Source: Vermamoeba vermiformis (Eukaryota). From it: 64,000 nucleotides of DNA. A program made the position numbers and the translations under genes. Positions 62,252 through 64,000 of the stretch are shown here, piece after piece. The DNA lies in contig JBEWZL010000121.1 of the NCBI GenBank assembly GCA_045837725.1, forward strand, positions 62,001-126,000, in the 5' to 3' direction. The notes below the pieces were generated by a model, which searched no databases, had not been told where the DNA came from, and saw only the letters and a program-made list of their open reading frames with translations. Numbering within the stretch: position 1 is the first letter of the stretch; the number at the start of each line of letters is the position of its first letter.

Positions 62252-64000
62252 ATGGAGAAGAATGGGCTTGAAGTAGACCACAACGTGCCGCACTCCATCT
62301 GGCTTTACCTTCCAACAGAACTGTGGTTTCAAATATTTCAATGGTTAAGAGCTACTCGATATATAGCATTAATAGGCGCATTATCGAAAGGCTTCAGAGA
62401 GTTCATGATAGAGTATTTTAAATCCGTTGGTCCGTGGATGAACAAAAATATGAACGTTGCGATTGTTGGTGCTCCTGCAGTTGGTAAGTTGATTAAACAT
62501 TAATAATATAATAATATCTTTAGTATTATTTGAGTTAAAATTTATTTTTGCGAGCAATTTTAGATCAGCTGATATTTTGCGAATTTTCAAAGAATGCCAA
62601 TTGTACCTTCTAACGCTTATTATAGGAAAAACCACTATGCTTGCTCACCTTTTTCTTCAATCACGCCTAAATAACATCGAGCATCGATTCGCCAATTTCA
62701 TGGCAAAAAACAATAAGCTGCCCGTAACATCGCATTATAATTCGTTCCTTAATGCTCGCAATGCTAAACATCCTATAACATATACGCAACATATTCGACC
62801 TTTTTACTTCGACACTAGTCTGCACCACTTTACCTTTTTTGATAGTCCCGGATGTGCACGACGATTAATCACTGCGTATCGTATTTGCTCTCAAGTAAGC
62901 AATATATTACCACATTATATGATTTAAATGCTTATTTGTACGCAATTATAGGTTAATACCGCTATTTTGGTGCTTCAACGCAAACAAGAGCTCGATCTGG
63001 ACTGGTTAATCAGTGGTGTAACTGCAGTATGGACGTCATTAACGCACTCGCACTTTATTATTGCCGTCAATTATAGCCACGGTATTTTTACTCAACCTAG
63101 TAAGTACTCGCACGAAAAAAAGGATCGTACTAGTACCTTAAAAATTCATAATTTATTTTTCTTTGCTTTGAGCTTAAAAATAGTGTCATTAATATAAGGA
63201 GCGCTAATACGGCCTATATTTAATATTGGAAGGATTATTAATGATAATTTGCTTTAGATTGGGAAGCAGATCAAAAACTACTTTACGAGAAATTGGTTAA
63301 GGCAGTGCCTGCAAAGTTGCTTTCTAATATTAAACTGATTCCGATCAACGCACTTGAAGGGTTTAATGTTTACTCGCCTCATGCCGGCATCGATGACTCG
63401 AACATCTGGTAAGTCGGTTAATCAGCTTCAAAATTCAATTTTATACAGAAATTATTATTTAAGTCCTATACGTCTTAATTTGTGATATATAAATATAGGT
63501 ATAACGGCCCTACATTATATCGAGCATTACATGCTATATGGGAGAAGTTGGAATATCCTGCCGAACGGATCGAGAAGCCGTTTTCGATGACAGTCCTTCG
63601 CCCTATGAAAGTTGGTGGAGTAGGACCCATTATTGCCGGAGCAGTTAATAGTAAGGAGATTAGAATCATATTTGACGTTTAAGCCAAATCTAAAAAATAT
63701 TTCCTTTTTAGGCGGATGTCTCAAACCCGGAATGAAACTTCGCGTTTGCTGCTCTGGTTTCCCAGCGACTCCATTAGTAGTTCATTCTATCCAGCATAAT
63801 GGCAGAAATATGGACGAAGCTAAACCCTCCGATTATATTGGAATTTCATTCACATCCGCTTCAAGAACTCAAATAACCGGCTGGAACATACTCGAAAAAG
63901 TCAAATATGGCATGATAGTGGCCGATAATAATAATCCTCCGAAGAGAGTCAAGTCGTTTACGGCGGCTATTGCTATCGTAAGTAGTCACAAGAATTTCGT
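62252..64000 (+). CDS. F-box fused to a divergent EF-1alpha-like (translational GTPase) protein; runs off the window end
   Basis: WLYLPTELWFQIFQWL (F-box), then NVAIVGAPAVGKTT, FDTSLHHFTFFDSPG, LIPINALEGFNV, WYNGPTL, EKPFSMTV...VGGVGPIIAGAVNSGCLKPGM, VHSIQHN...EAKPSDYIG, KYGMIV...PPKRVKSFTAAI. These are colinear with EF-1alpha domains I-III. Confidence 0.82.

Noticed and set aside
1-64000. Prokaryotic or viral origin, operons, CRISPR arrays
   Set aside because: Genes are split by many GT-AG introns and include eukaryote-specific eIF3k, E2 and F-box genes. No regularly spaced repeat-spacer array is seen.
1-64000. Alternative genetic code as the cause of the fragmented ORFs
   Set aside because: TAA, TAG and TGA all terminate reconstructed genes, and the fragmentation is explained by introns.

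Overview
Compact, intron-rich eukaryotic DNA, not prokaryotic. It has short GT-AG introns with CTAA(C/T)-type branch points, many intergenic gaps of about 50-250 bp, and the standard genetic code. The gene content suggests a free-living amoeba or similar protist (inference; the species cannot be named). About 29 spliced genes were reconstructed by hand, so exon boundaries are approximate. Housekeeping genes include eIF3k, a UBE2Q-type E2, a CPA2 cation/H+ antiporter, a CsgA-type SDR, a membrane-anchored purple acid phosphatase, a WD40 protein and a TKL kinase. There are also several GPI-type surface proteins, two of them folate-receptor-like. The dominant feature is 11 F-box genes plus one BTB gene. 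Several carry degenerate copies of core proteins: a tandem array of four F-box-pseudokinases, an F-box-EF-1alpha-like fusion and a pseudo-Ras-BTB protein, which suggests decoy-type ubiquitin-ligase adaptors (hypothesis). Non-coding highlights are a 595-bp TGT...ACA element with inverted termini and an ATAT target-site duplication inside an intron, and two recurrent intron-restricted palindromes, TGACACGTGTCA and GGATCNGATCC. A ZZ-CLU gene may be joined to a dynamin-like GTPase through alternative 5' splice sites.
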